Positions 1 to 15,169 of a DNA stretch of 64,000 nt are shown piece by piece; positions within the stretch are counted from its first letter, which is position 1; the number at the start of each line of letters is the position of its first letter. Source of the DNA: the human T2T-CHM13v2.0 reference genome, Homo sapiens; NCBI RefSeq assembly GCF_009914755.1, contig NC_060933.1. One strand, given 5' to 3'. A program made the translations under genes and the position numbers. The notes beneath the pieces were generated by a model. That model worked only from the letters and a program-made list of their open reading frames with translations. It was not told the DNA's origin and searched no databases.

Positions 1-329
1 ATGGAATGGAATGGAATGGAATCAACCCGAGTGCAGGGGAATGGAATGGAAAGGAATGCAATGGAATGGAATCATCTGGAATGGAATGGAATGGAATGCA
101 ATGGAATGGAATGGAATGGAATCAACCCGAGTGCAATGGAATGGAGTGAAATGGAATGGAATGGAATGGAAACAACCAGAATGGATTGGAATATAATGGA
201 GTGTAAGGGAATTGAATAGAATCAATCTGAATGTAATGAAATGGAATGGAACGGAATGGAATGGAATGGAATGGAATGGAATGGAATGCAATGGAATGGA
301 ATCAACCCGAGTGCAATCGAATGGAATCG

Positions 330-3300
330 AATGGAATGGAATGCAATGGAATGGATTCAACTTGAATGGAATGGAAAGAATGGAATCAACACGAGTGGAA
401 TGGCATGGATTGGAATGGAATGGAATGGAATCAACCCGAGTACAGGGGAATGGAATGGAATGGAATGCAATGGAATGGAATCATCCGTAATGGAATGGAA
501 AGGAATGGAATGGAACGGAATGGAATGGAATGGAATGGAATGGAATCAACTCGATTGCAATCGAATGGAATGGAATGGAATTAACCCGAATAGAATGGAA
601 TGGAATGGAATGGAACGGAACGGAAGGAATGGAATGGAATGGAATAGAATGGAACAGAACGGAACGGAATGGAATGGAATGGAATGGAATGGAATGGAAT
701 GGAATGGAATCAACGCGAGTGCAGGGGAATGGAATGGAATGGAATGCAATGGAATGGAATCTTCCGGAATGGAATGGAATGGAATGGAATGAAATGCAAT
801 GGATTCAACTCGATTGCAATGGAATGGAATAGAGTGGAATGGAATGGAATGGAATGGAATGGAATTAACCCGAATAGAATGGAATGGAATGGAATGGAAC
901 AGAATGGAACGGAATGGAATGGAATGGAATGGAATGGAATGGAATTGCATGGAATGGAATGGAATGGTACGGAATAGCATGGAATGGAACGAATTGTAAT
1001 GGAATGGAATTGAATGGAATGGAATGGAATGGAATGGAATGGAATGGAATGGAATCAACGCGAGTGCAGGGGAATGTAATGGAACGGAATGCAATTGAAT
1101 GGAATCATCCGGAATGGAATGGAATGGAATGGAATGGAATGGAATGGAATCAATCCGAGTGCAATGGAATGGAGTGGAATGGAATGAAATGGAATGGAAC
1201 AACCCGAATGGAATGGAATGTAATGGAGAGTAAGGGAGTTGAATAGAATCAATCCGAATGTAATGGAATGGAATGCAACGGAATGGAATGCAATGGAATG
1301 GAATGGAATGCAATGGAATGGAATCAACCCGAGTACAATGGAATGGAATGGAATGGAATTGAATGTAATGGAATGGAATCAATTCGAGTACAATGGAATG
1401 GAATGGAATGGAATGGAATGGAATGGAATGGAATGGAATGGCATGGAATGGAATGCCTTCAAACCGAATGGAATGGAAAGGAATGAAATCAACACGAGTG
1501 GAATGGAATGGAATGGAATGGAATGGAATGGAATGGAATGGAATGGAATGATACGGAATAGAATGGAATGGAACGAAATGGAATGGAATGGAATGGAATG
1601 GAATGGAATGGAATGGAATGGAATGGAACGGAATGGAATCGTTCCGAGTGGAATAGGAGGGAATGTATTCGAGTGGATTGGAAAGGAATGGAATCAACCA
1701 GAGTGGAATGGAAGGGAATGGAATGGAATGGAAACTAATAGAATGGAATCAACCCGAGTGGAATGGAATGGAAAGGACTGGAATGGAAAGGAATGGAATG
1801 GAATGGAATGCAATGGAATGGAATGGAATCAATCCGAGTGCAATGGAATGGAGTGGAATGGAATGGAATGGAATGGAACAATCCGAATGGAATGGAATGT
1901 AATGGAGAGTAAGGGAGTTGAAAAGAATCAATCCGAATGTAATGGAATGGAACCGAATGGAATGAAATGGAATGGAATGGAATGGAATGGAATGGAATGC
2001 AATGGAATGGATTCATCTTGAATGGAATGGAAAGAATGGAATCAACACGAGTGGAATGGCATGGATTGGAATGGAATGGAATGGAATGGAATGGAATGGA
2101 ATGGAATGGAATGGAATGATACGGAATAGAATGGAAAGGAACGAAATGGAATGGAATGGAATGGAATGGAATGGAATGGAATGGAATCGTTCCGAGTGGA
2201 ATAGGAGGGAATGTTTTCGAGTGGAATGGAAAGGAATGGAAAAAACCTGAGTGGAATTGAAGGGAATGGAATGGAATGGAAACTAATAGAATGGAATCAA
2301 CCCGAGAGGAATGGAATGGAAAGGACTGGAACGGAATGGAATGGAATGGAATCAACTCGATTGTAATGGAATGGAATGGAATGGAATGGAATGGAATGGA
2401 ATGGAATTAACCAAAACACAATGCAATGGAATGGAATGGAACGGAATGGAGTGGAATGAATGGAATCAACCCGAGTGCAGGGGAATGGAATGGAACGGAA
2501 TGCAATGGAATGGAATCATCCGGAATGGAATGGAATGGAATGGAATGCAAAGCAATGGAATCAACTCGATTGCAATGGAATGGAATGGAATGGAAAGGAA
2601 TATATTGGAATCAACCCGAGTGGAATGGAATGGAAAGGACTGGAATGGAGTGGAATGGAATGGAATGGAATGGAATGGAATCAACTCGATTGGAATGGAA
2701 TGGAATGGAATGGAATGGAATGGAATGGAATGGAATGGAATGGAATGGAATCGTTCCGAGTGGAATAGGAGGGAATGTATTCGAGTGGAATGGAAAGGAA
2801 TGGTATCAACCAGAGTGGAATGGAAGGGAATGGAATGGAATGGAAACTAATAGAATGGAATCAACCCGAGTGGAATGGAATGGAAAGGACTGGAATGGAA
2901 TGGAATGGAATGGAATCAACTCGATTGTAATGGAATGGAATGGAATGGAATGGAATGGAATGGAATGGAATTAACCCGAATACAATGGAATGGAATGGAA
3001 TGGAACGGAATGGAGTGGAATGGAATGGAATCAACCCGAGTGCAGGGGAATGGAATGGAATGGAATGCAATGGAATGGAATCATCCGGAATGGAGTGGAA
3101 TGGAATGGAATGGAATGGAATGGAATGGAATCAACTCGATTGGAATGGAATGGAATGGAATGGAATGGAATTAACCCGAATGGAATGGAATGGAATGGAA
3201 TGGAACGGAATGGAATGGAATGGAGTGGAATGGAATGGAATCAACCCGACTGCAGGGGAATGGAATGGAATGGAATGCAATGGAATGGATTCAAATTGAA

Positions 3301-5380
3301 TGGAATGGAAAGAATGGAATCAACACGAGTGGAATGGCATGGATTGGAATGGAATGGAATGGAATCAACCCGAGTACAGGGGAATGGAATGGAATGGAAT
3401 GCAATGGAATGGAATCATCCGTAATGGAATGGAAAGGAATGGAATGGAATGGAATGGAATGGAATGGAATGGAATGGAATCAACTCGATTGTAATCGAAT
3501 GGAATGGAATGGAATTAACCCGAATAGAATGGAATGGAATGGAATGGAACAGAACGGAATGGAATGGAATGGAATGGAATGGAAGGGAACGGAACGGAAT
3601 GGAATGGAATGGAATGGAATGGAATGGAATCAACGTGAGTGCAGGGGAATGGAATGGAATGGAATGCAATGGAATGGAATCTTCCGGAATGGAATGGAAT
3701 GGAATGAAATGCAATGGATTCAACTCGATTGCAATGGAATGGAATAGAATGGAATGGAATGGAATGGAATGGAATTAATTCGAATAGAATGGAATGGAAT
3801 GGAATGGAACGGAATGGAACGGAACGGAATGGAATGGAATGGTATGGAATGGAATGGAATGGTACGGAATAGAATGGAATGGAACGAATTGTAATGGAAT
3901 GGAATTGAATGGAAAGGAATGGAATGGAATGGAATCAACGCGAGTGCAGGGGAATGTAATGGAACGGAATGTAATGGAATGGAATCATCCGGAATGGAAT
4001 GGAATGGAATGGAATGGAATGGAATCAACCCGAGTGCAATGGAATGGAGTGGAATGGAATGGAATGGAATGGAACAACCCGAATGGAATGGAATGTAATG
4101 GAGAGTAAGTGAGTTGAATAGAATCAATCCGAATGTAATGGAATGGAATGCAACGGAAGGGAATGGAATGGAATGGAATGGAATGCAATGGAATTGAATC
4201 AACCCGAGTACAATGGAATGGAATGGAACGGAATGGAATGGAATGGAATGGAATGGAATGATACGGAATAGAATGGAATGGAACGAAATGGAATGGAATG
4301 GAATGGAATGGAATGGAATGGAATGGAATGGAATGGAATGGAATCGTTCCGAGTGGAATAGGAGGGAATGTATTCGAGTGGAATGGAAAGGAATGGAAAC
4401 AACCTGAGTGGAATTGAAGGGAATGGAATGGAATGGAAACTAATAGAATGGAATCAACCCGAGAGGAATGGAATGGAAAGGACTGGAACGGAATGGAATG
4501 GAATGGAATCAACTCGATTGTAATGGAATGGAATGGAATGGAATGGAATGGAATGGAATGGAATGGAATTAACCCAAATACAATGCAATGGAATGGAATG
4601 GAACGGAATGGAGTGGAATGGAATGGAATCAACCCGAGTGCAGGGGAATGGAATGGAACGGAATGCAATGGAATGGAATCATCCGGAATGGAATGGAATG
4701 GAATGGAATGCAAAGCAATGGAATCAACTCGATTGCAATGGAATGGAATGGATTGGAAAGGAATATATTGGAATCAACCCGAGTGGAATGGAATGGAAAG
4801 GACTGGAATGGAGTGGAATGGAATGGAATGGAATGGAATGGAATCAACTCGATTGGAATGGAATGGAATGGAATGGAATGGAATGGAATGGAATGGAATC
4901 GTTCCGAGTGGAATAGGAGGGAATGTATTCGAGTGGAATGGAAAGGAATGGTATCAACCAGAGTGGAATGGAAGGGAATGGAATGGAATGGAAACTAATA
5001 GAATGGAATCAACCCGAGTGGAATGGAATGGAAAGGACTGGAATGGAATGGAATGGAATGGAATCAACTCGATTGTAATGGAATGGAATGGAATGGAATG
5101 GAATGGAATGGAATGGAATTAACCCGAATACAATGGAATGGAATGGAATGGAACGGAATGGAGTGGAATGGAATGGAATCAACCCGAGTGCAGGGGAATG
5201 GAATGGAAGGGAATGCAATGGAATGGAATCATCCGGAATGGAGTGGAATGGAATGGAATGGAATGGAATGGAATCAACTCGATTGGAATGGAATGGAATG
5301 GAATGGAATGGAATTAACCCGAATGGAATGGAATGGAATGGAACGGAATGGAATGGAATGGAATGGAATGGAATGGAATG
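330..5380 (+). repeat. Older ~2.9-kb duplication with a ~0.7-0.8-kb internal deletion (layout A-B-C-A'-C')
   Basis: Word order of ~330-1340 recurs at ~3260-4220 (offset ~2.9 kb). ~2110-3200 recurs at ~4250-5340 (offset 2148-2163; ORF pairs 2466/4629 and 2875/5023). Shared rare markers: AACCTGAGTGGAATTGAAGGG, CCCGAGAGG, GAATATATTGG, GGTATCAACCAG. Confidence 0.75.
756..770. promoter_or_regulatory. Perfect 3-unit heat-shock element gGAAt-cTTCc-gGAAt (representative of ~25 copies)
   Basis: Sequence GGAATCTTCCGGAAT matches nGAAnnTTCnnGAAn exactly. The motif match is certain; occupancy by HSF1 is not shown by the sequence. Confidence 0.55.
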
Positions 5381-8300
5381 GAATGCAATGGAATCAACCC
5401 GAGTGCAATGGAATGGAGTGGAATGGAATGGAATGGAATGGAACAACCCGAATGGAATGGAATGTAATGGAGAGTAAGGGAGTTGAATAGAATCAATCCG
5501 AATGTAATGGAATGGAATGGAACGAAATGGAATTGAATGGAATGGAATGGAATGGAATGCAATGGAATGGAATAGTCCTGAATGGAATGGAATGGAATGG
5601 AATGCAACGCAATGGAATCAACTCGATTGCAATGGAATGGAATGGAATGCAAAGGAATACATTGGAATTAACCCGAGTGGAATGGAATGGAAAGGACTGG
5701 AATGGAGTGGAATGGAATGGAATGGAATGGAATGGAATCAACTCGACTGGAATGGAATGGAATGGAATGGAATGGAATGGAATGGAATTAACCCGAATGG
5801 AATGGAATGGAATGGAATGGAATGGAACGGAATGGAGTGGAATGGAATGGAATCGAATGGAATGGAATCAACCCGACTGCAGGGGAATGGAATGGAATGG
5901 AATGCAATGGAATGGATTCAACTTGAATGGAATGGAAAGAATGGAATCAACACGAGTGGAATGGCATGGATTGGAATGGAATGGAATGGAATCAACCCGA
6001 GTACAGGGGAATGGAATGGAATGGAATGCAATGGAATGGAATCATCCGTAATGGAATGGAAAGGAATGGAATGGAATGGAATGGAATGGAATAGAATGGA
6101 ATGGAATCAACTCGATTGCAATCGAATGGAATGGAATGGAATTAACCCGAATAGAATGGAATGGAATGGAATGGAACGGAACGGAACGGAATGGAATGGA
6201 TTGGAATGGAATGGAATGGAATGGAATGGAACGGAAAGGAATGGAATGGAATGGAATGGAATGGAATGGAATGGAATGGAATCAACGCGAGTGCAGGGGA
6301 ATGGAATGGAATGGAATGCAATGGAATGGAATCTTCCGGAATGGAATGGAATGGAATGGAATGGAATGGAATAAACCCGAGTGCAATGGAATGGAGTGGA
6401 ATGGAATGGAATGGAATGGAACAACCCGAATGGAATGGAATGTAATGGAGAGTAAGGGAGTTGAATAGAATCAATCCGAATGTAATGGAATGGAATGGAA
6501 CGGAATGGAATTGAATGGAATGGAATGGAATGCAATGGAATGGAATCAACCCGAGTGCAATGGAATGGAGAGGAATGGAATGGAATGGAATGGAAACTAC
6601 CCGAATGGAATGGAATGTAATGGAGTGTAAGGGAATTGAATAGAATCAATCCGAATGTAATGGAATGGAATGGAACGGAATGGAAAGGAATGGAATGGAA
6701 TGGAATGGCATGGATTGGAATGGAATGGAATGGAATCAACCCGAGTACAGGGGAATGGAATGGAATGGAATGCAATGGAATGGAATAATCCGTAATGGAA
6801 TGGAAAGGAATGGAATGGAATGGAATGGAATGGAATGGAATCAACTCGATTGCAATCGAATGGAATGGAATGGAATTAACCCGAATAGAATGGAATGGAA
6901 TGGAATGGAACGGAACGGAATGGAATGGAATGGAATGGAATGGAACGGAACGGAATGGAATGGAATGGAATGGAATGGAATCAACGCGAGTGCAGGGGAA
7001 TGGAATGGAATGGAATGGAATGCAATGGGATGGAAACTTCCGAAATGGAAAGAAATGGAATGGAATGGAATGAAATGCAACGGATTCAACTCGATTGCAA
7101 TGGAATGGAATAGAATGGAATGGAATGGAATGGAATGGAATGGAATTAATCCGAATAGAATGGAATGGAATGGAATGGAACGGAATGGAACGGAATGGAA
7201 TGGAATGGAATGGAATGGAATGGTATGGAATGGAATGGAATGGTACGGAATAGAATGGAATGGAACGAATTGTAATGGAATGGAATTGAATGGAATGGAA
7301 TGGAATGGAATGGAATCAACACGAGTGCAGGGGAATGTAATGGAACGGAATGCAATGGAATGGAATCATCCGGAATGGAATGGAATGGAATGGAATGGAA
7401 TGGAATGGAATGGAATGGAATCAACCCGAGTGCAATGGAATGGAGTGGAATGGAATGGAATGGAATGGAACAACCCGAATGGAATGGAATGTAATGGAGA
7501 GTAAGGGAGTTGAATAGAATCAATCCGAATGTAATGGAATGGAATGCAACGGAATGGAATGGAATGGAATGGAATGGAATCAACCCGAGTACAATGGAAT
7601 GGAATGGAATGGAATGGAATGGAATGGAATGGAATGGAATGGAATGATACGGAATAGAATGGAATGGAACGAAATGGAATGGAATGGAATGGAATGGAAT
7701 GGAATGGAATGGAATGGAATGGAATGGAATGGAATCGTTCCGAGTGGAACAGGAGGGAATGTATTCGAATGGAATGGAAAGGAATGGAATCAACCAGAGT
7801 GGAATGGAAGGGAATGGAATGGAATGGAATGGAATGGAATGGAATGGAATGGAATGGAATCAACACGATTGCAATCGAATGGAATGGAATGGAATTAACC
7901 CGAATAGAACGGAATGGAATGGAATGGAATGGAATGGAAAGGAATGGAATGGAATGGAATGGAATGGAATGGAACGGAAAGGAAGGGAATGGAATGGAAT
8001 AGAATGGAATGGAATGGAATCAACGCGAGTGCAGGGGAATGGAATGGAATGGAATGCAATGAAATGGAATCCTCCGGAATGGAATGGAATGGAATGGAAT
8101 GCAATGGAATCAATCCGAGTACAATGGAATGGAGTGGAATGGAATGGAATGGAATGGAACAACCCGAATAGAATGGAATGTAATGGAGAGTAAGGGAGTT
8201 GAATAGAATCAATCCGAATGTAATGGAATGGAATGGAACGGAATGGAATTGAATGGAATGGAATGGAATGCAATGGAATGGAATCAACCTGAGTGCAATG

Positions 8301-8574
8301 GAATGGAGAGGAATGGAATGGAAACTACCCGAATGGAATGGAATGTAATGGAGTGTAAGGCCATTGAATAGAATCAATCCGAATGTAATGGAATGGAATG
8401 TAATGGAATGTAATGGAATGTAATGGAATGGAATGGAATGGAATGGAATTCAAAGGAATGGAATCAACCCGAGTGGAATGGAATGGAAAGGACTGGAATG
8501 GAATGGAATGGAATGGAATCAACTCGATTGTAATGGAATGGAATGGAATGGAATGGAATGGAATGGAATGGAAT

Positions 8575-11130
8575 GGAATAAACCCGAGTGCAATGGAATG
8601 GAGTGGAATGGATTGGAATGGAATGGAACAACCCGAATCGAATGGAATGTAATGGAGAGTAAGGGAGTTGAACAGAATGAATCCGAATGTAATGGAATGG
8701 AATGGAACGGAATGGAATTGAATGGAATGGAATGGAATGCAATGGAATGGAATCAACCCGAGGTCAATGGAATGGAGAGGAATGGAATGGAATGGAATGG
8801 AAACTACACGAATGGAATGGAATGTAATGGAGTGTAAGGGAATTGAATAGAATCAATCCGAATGTAATGGAATGGAATGGAACGGAATGGAATGGAATGG
8901 AATGGAATGGAATGGAATGGAATGCAATGGAATGGAATCAACACGAGTGCAATCGAATGGAATCGAATGGAATGGAATGCAATGGAATGGATTCAACTTG
9001 AATGGAATGGAAAGAATGGAATCAACACGAGTGGAATGGCATGGATTGGAATGGAATGGAATGGAATCAACCCGAGTACAGGGGAATGGAATGGAATGGA
9101 ATGCAATGGAATGGAATCATCCGTAATGGAATGGAAAGGAATGGAATGTAATGGAATGGAATGGAATGGAATGGAATGGAATGGAATCAACTCGATTGCA
9201 ATCGAATGGAATGGAATGGAATTAACCCGAATAGAATGGAATGGAATGGAATGGAACGGAACGGAATGGAATGGAATGGAATGGAATGGAACGGAAAGGA
9301 AGGGAATGGAATGGAATAGAATGGAATGGAATGGAATCAACGCGAGTAAAGGGGAATGGAATGGAATGGAATGCAATGGAATGGAATCTTCCGGAATGGA
9401 ATGGAATGGAATGGAATGGAATGGAATGGATTGGAATGGAATCAACCCGAGTGCAATGGAATGGAGTGGAATGGAATGGAATGGAATGGAACAACCCGAA
9501 TGGAATGGAATGTAATGGAGAGTAAGGGAGTTGAATAGAATCAATCCGAATGTAATGGAATGGAATGGAACGGAATGGAATTGAATGGAATGGAATGGAA
9601 TGCAATGGAATGGAATCAACCCGAGTGCAATGGAATGGAGAGGAATGGAATGGAATGGAATGGAAACTACTCGAATGGAATGGAATGTAATGGAGTGTAA
9701 GGGAATTGAATAGAATCAATCCGAATGTAATGGAATGGAATGGAACGGAACGGAATGGAATGGAATGGAATGGAATGGAATGGAATGGAATGCAATGGAA
9801 TGGAATCAACCCGAGTGCAATCGAATGGAATCGAATGGAATGGAATGCAATGGAATGGATTCAACTTGAATGGAATGGAAAGAATGGAATCAACACGAGT
9901 GGAATGGCATGGATTGGAATGGAATGGAATGAAATCAACCCGAGTACAGGGGAATGGAATGGAATGGAATGCAATGGAATGGAATCATCCGTAATGGAAT
10001 GGAAAGGAATGGAATGGAATGGAATGGAATGGAACGGAATGGAATGGAATGGAATCAACTCGATTGAAATCGAATGAAATGGATTGGAATTAACCCGAAT
10101 AGAATGGAATGGAATGGAATTGGAACGGAACGGAATGGAATGGAATGGAATGGAATGGAACGGAAAGGAAGGGAATGGAATGGAATAGAATGGAATGGAA
10201 TGGAATCAACGCGAGTAAAGGGGAATGGAATGGAATGGAATGCAATGGAATGGAATCTTCCGGAATGGAATGGAATGGAATGGAATGGAATGGAATGGAA
10301 TGGAATGGAATCAACCCGAGTGCAATGGAATGGAGTGGAATGGAATGGAATGGAATGGAACAACCCGAATGGAATGGAATGTAATGGAGAGTAAGGGAGT
10401 TGAATAGAATCAATCCGAATGTAATGGAATGGAATGGAACGGAATGGAATTGAATGGAATGGAATGGAATGCAATGGAATGGAATCAACCCGAGTGCAAT
10501 GGAATGGAGAGGAATGTAATGGAATGGAATGGAAACTACCCGAATGGAATGGAATGTAATGGAGTGTAAGGGAATTGAATAGAATCAATCCGAATGTAAT
10601 GGAATGGAATGGAACGGAACGGAATGGAATGGAATGGAATGGAATGGAATGGAATGCAATGGAATGGAATCAACCCGAGTACAATCGAATGGAATCGAAA
10701 GGAATGGAATGCAATGGAATGGATTCAACTTGAATGGAATGGAAAGAATGGAATCAACACGAGTGGAATGGCATGGATTGGAATGGAATGGAATGGAATC
10801 AACCCCAGTACAGGGGAATGGAATGGAATGGAATGCAATGGAATGGAATCATCCGTAATGGAATGGAAAGGAATGGAATGGAATGGAATGGAATGGAATG
10901 GAATGGAATGGAATGGAATCAACTAGATTGCAATCGAATGGAATGGAACGGAATTAACCCGAATAGAATGGAATGGAATGGAATGGATCGGAACGGAATG
11001 GAATGGAATGGAATGGAATGGAATGGAACGGAACGGAATGGAATGGAATGGAATGGAATGGAATGGAATCAACGCGAATGCAGGGGAATGGAATGGAATG
11101 GAATGCAATGGAATGGAATCTTCCAGAATG
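8575..11130 (+). repeat. Tandem ~865-bp units (about 3 copies)
   Basis: Marker TTCAACTTGAATGGAATGGAAAGAATGG at ~8992, ~9860 and ~10724 (spacing 868, 864). The rare word CGCGAGTAAAGGGG occurs at ~9341 and ~10210. ORFs 9356..9538 and 10225..10407 are near-identical (offset 869). Confidence 0.85.
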
Positions 11131-14100
11131 GAATGGAATGGAACGGAATGGAATGAAATGCAATGGATTCAACTCGATTGCAATGGAATGGAATAGAATG
11201 GAATGGAATGGAATGGAATGGAATTAATCCGAATAGAATGGAATGGAATGGAATGGATCGGAATGGAACGGAATGGAATGGAATGGAATGAAATGGAATG
11301 GTATGGAATGGAATGGAACGGTACGGAATAGAATGGAATGGAACGAATTGTAATGGAATGGAATTGAATGGAATGGAATGGAATGGAATGGAATCAACGC
11401 GACTGCAGGGGAATGTAATGGAACGGAATGCAATGGAATGGAATCATCCGGAATGGAATGGAATGGAATGGAATGGAATCAACGCGAGTGCAATGGAATA
11501 GAGTGGAATGGAATGGAATGGAATGGAACAACCCGAATGGAGTGGAATGTAATGGAGAGTAAGGGAGTTGAATAGAATCAATCCGAATGTAATGGAATGG
11601 AATGCAACGGAATGGAATGGAATGGAATGGAATGGAATGCAATGGAATTGAATCAACCCGAGTACAATGGAATGGAATGGAATGGAATGGAATGGAATGG
11701 AATGGAATGGAATGGAATCGTTCCGAGTGGAATAGGAGGATATGTATTCGAGTGGAATGGAAAGGAATGGTATCAACCAGAGTGGAATGGAAGGGAATGG
11801 AATGGAATGGAAACTAATAGAATGGAATCAACCCGAGTGGAATGGAATGCAAAGGAATGGAATGGAATGGAATGGAATGGAATCAACTCGATTGTAATGG
11901 AATGGAATGGAATGGAATGGAATGGATTGGAATTAACCCGAATACAATGGAATGGAATGGAATGGAACGGAATGGAGTGGAATGGAATGGAATCAACCCG
12001 AGTGCAGGGGAATGGAATGGAATGGAATGCAATGGAATGGAATCATCCGGAATGGAATGGAATGGAATGGAATGCAAAGCAATGGAATCAACTCGATTGC
12101 AATGGAATGGAATGGAATGGAAAGGAATACATTGGAATCAACCCGAGTGGAATGGAATGGAAAGGACTGGAATGGAGTGGAATGGAATGGAATGGAATGG
12201 AATGGAATCAACTCGATTGGAATGGAATGGAATGGAATGGAATGGAATTAAACCGAATAGAACGGAATGGAATGGAATGGAACGGAACGGAACGGAATGG
12301 AATGGAATGGAATGGAATGGAATGGAATGGAATGGAATCAACCCGACTGCAGGGTAATGGAATGGAATGGAATGCAATGGAATGGATTCAACTTGAATGG
12401 AATGGAAAGAATGGAATCAACACGAGTGGAATGGCATGGATTGGAATGGAATGGAATGGAATCAACCCGAGTACAGGGGAATGGAATGCAATGGAATGGA
12501 ATCATCCGTAATGGAATGGAAAGGAATGGAATGGAATGGAATAGAATGGAATGGAATCAACTCGATTGCAATCGAATGGAATGGAATGGAATTAACCCGA
12601 ATAGAATGGAATGGAATGGAATGGAATGGAATGGAATGGAACGGAATGGAACGGAATCAACGCGAGTGCAGGGGAATGGAATGGAATGGAATGCAATGGA
12701 ATGGAATCTTCCGGAATGGAATGGAATGGAATGGAATGGAATGGAATAAACCCGAGTGCAATGGAATGGAGTGGAATGGAATGGAATGGAATGGAACAAC
12801 CCGAATGGAATGGAATGTAATGGAGAGTAAGGGAGTTGAATAGAATCAATCCGAATGTAATGGAATGGAATGGAAAGGAATGGAATTGAATGGAATGGAA
12901 TGGAATGCAATGGAATGGAATCAACCCGAGTGCAATGGAATGGAGAGGAATGGAATGGAATGGAATGGAAACTACCCGAATGGAATGGAATGTAATGGAG
13001 TGTAAGGGAATTGAATAGAATCAATCCGAATGTAATGGAATGGAATGGAACGGAACGGAATGGAATGGAATGGAATGGAATGGAATGGAATGGAATGCAA
13101 TGGAATGGAATCAACCCGAGTGCAATCGAATGGAATCGAATGGAATAGAATGCAATGGAATGGATTCAACTTGAATGGAATGGAAAGAATGGAATCAACA
13201 CGAGTGGAATGGCATGGATTGGAATGGAATGGAATGGAATCAACCCGAGTACAGGGGAATGGAATGGAATGGAATGCAATGGAATGGAATCATCCGTAAT
13301 GGAATGGAAAGGAATGGAATGGAATGGAATGGAAAGGAATGGAATGGAATGGAATGGAATCAACTCGATTGCAATCGAATGGAATGGAATGGAATTAACC
13401 CAAATAGAATGGAATGGAATGGAATGGAACGGAACGGAATGGAATGGAATGGAATGGAATGGAATGGAACGGAACGGAACGGAACGGAATGGATGGAATG
13501 GAATGGAATGGAATGGAATGGAATCAACGAGACTGCAGGGTAATGGAATGGAATGCAATGCAATGGAATGGAAACTTCCGGAATGGAATGGAATGGAATG
13601 GAATGGAATGAAATGTAATGGATTCAACTCGATTGCAATGGAATGGAATAGAATGCAATGGAATGGAATGGAATGGAATGGAATTAACCCGAATAGAATG
13701 GAATGGAATGGAATGGAACGGAATGGAACGGAATGGAATTGAATGGAATGGAATGGAATGGTATGGAATGGAATGGAATGGTACGGAATAGAATGGAATG
13801 GAACGAATTGTAATGGAATGGAATTGAATGGAATGGAATGGAATGGAAAGGAATCAACGCGAGTGCAGGGGAATGTAATGGAACGGAATGCAATGGAATG
13901 GAATCATCCGGAATGGAATGGAATGGAATGGAATGGAATGGAATCAACCCGAGTGCAATGGAATGGAGTGGAATGGAATGGAACAACCCGAATGGAATGG
14001 AATGTAATGGAGAGTAAGGGAGTTGAATAGAATCAATCCGAATGTAATGGAATGGAATGCAACGGAATGGAATGGAATGGAATGGAATGGAATGCAATGG

Positions 14101-15169
14101 AATTGAATCAACCCGATTGCAATAGAATGGAATCGAATGGAATGGAATGCAATGGAATGGATTCAACTTGAATGGAATGGAAAGAATGGAATCAACACAA
14201 GTGGAATGGCATGGATTGGAATGGAATGGAATGGAATCAACCCGAGTACAGGGGAATGGAATGGAATGGAATGCAATGGAATGGAATCATCCGTAATGGA
14301 ATGGAAAGGAATGGAATGGAATGGAATGGAATGGAATGGAATGGAATAAACCCGAGTGCAATGGAATGGAGTGGAATGGAATGGAATGGAATGGAACAAC
14401 CCGAATGGAATGGAATGTAATGGAGAGTAAGGGAGTTGAATAGAATCAATCCGAATGTAATGGGATGGAATGGAACGGAATGGAATTGAATGGAATGGAA
14501 TGGAATGGAATGGAATGGAATCAACCCGAGTTCAATGGAATGGAGAGGAATGGAATGGAATGGAATGGAATTGAATCAACCCGAGTTCAATGGAATGGAG
14601 AGGAATGGAATGGAATGGAATGGAGACTACACGAATGGAATGGAATGTAATGGAGTGTAAGGGAATTGAATAGAATCAATCCGAATGTAATGGAATGGAA
14701 AGGAACGGAATGGAATGGAATGGAATGGAATGGAATGGAATGGAATGGAATGCAATGGAATGGAATCAACCGGAGTGCAATCGAATGGAATCGAATGGAA
14801 TGGAATGCAATGGAATGGATTCAACTTGAAGGGAATGGAAAGAATGGAATCAACACGAGTGGAATGGCATTTATTGGAATGGAATGGAATGGAATCAACC
14901 CGAGTACAGGGGAATGGAATGGAATGGAATGCAATGGAATGGAATCATCCGTAATGGAATGGGAAGGAATGGAATGGAATGGAATGGAACGGAACGCAAT
15001 GGAATGGAATGGAATGGAATGGAACGGAAAGGAAGGGAATGGAATGGAATAGAATGTAATGGAATGGAATCAACGCGAGTGCAGGGGAATGGAATGGAAT
15101 GGAATGCAATGGAATGGAATCTTCCGGAATGGAATGGAATGGAATGGAATGGAATCAACCCGAGTGCAA

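Noticed and set aside
31-40. GCAGGGG words as G-quadruplex seeds
   Set aside because: G4 runs are isolated, usually more than 100 bp apart, so there is no canonical four-tract G3+ motif. Non-B folding of (GGAAT)n itself is a generic known property and not specific to this window.
4101-4113. 5' splice-site-like GTAAGT (4105-4110) and GTAAGG in every A/B module
   Set aside because: The exonic context is weak (AGA/AGT), and the purine-rich strand has no polypyrimidine tract or acceptor. U1 binding cannot be supported from sequence alone.
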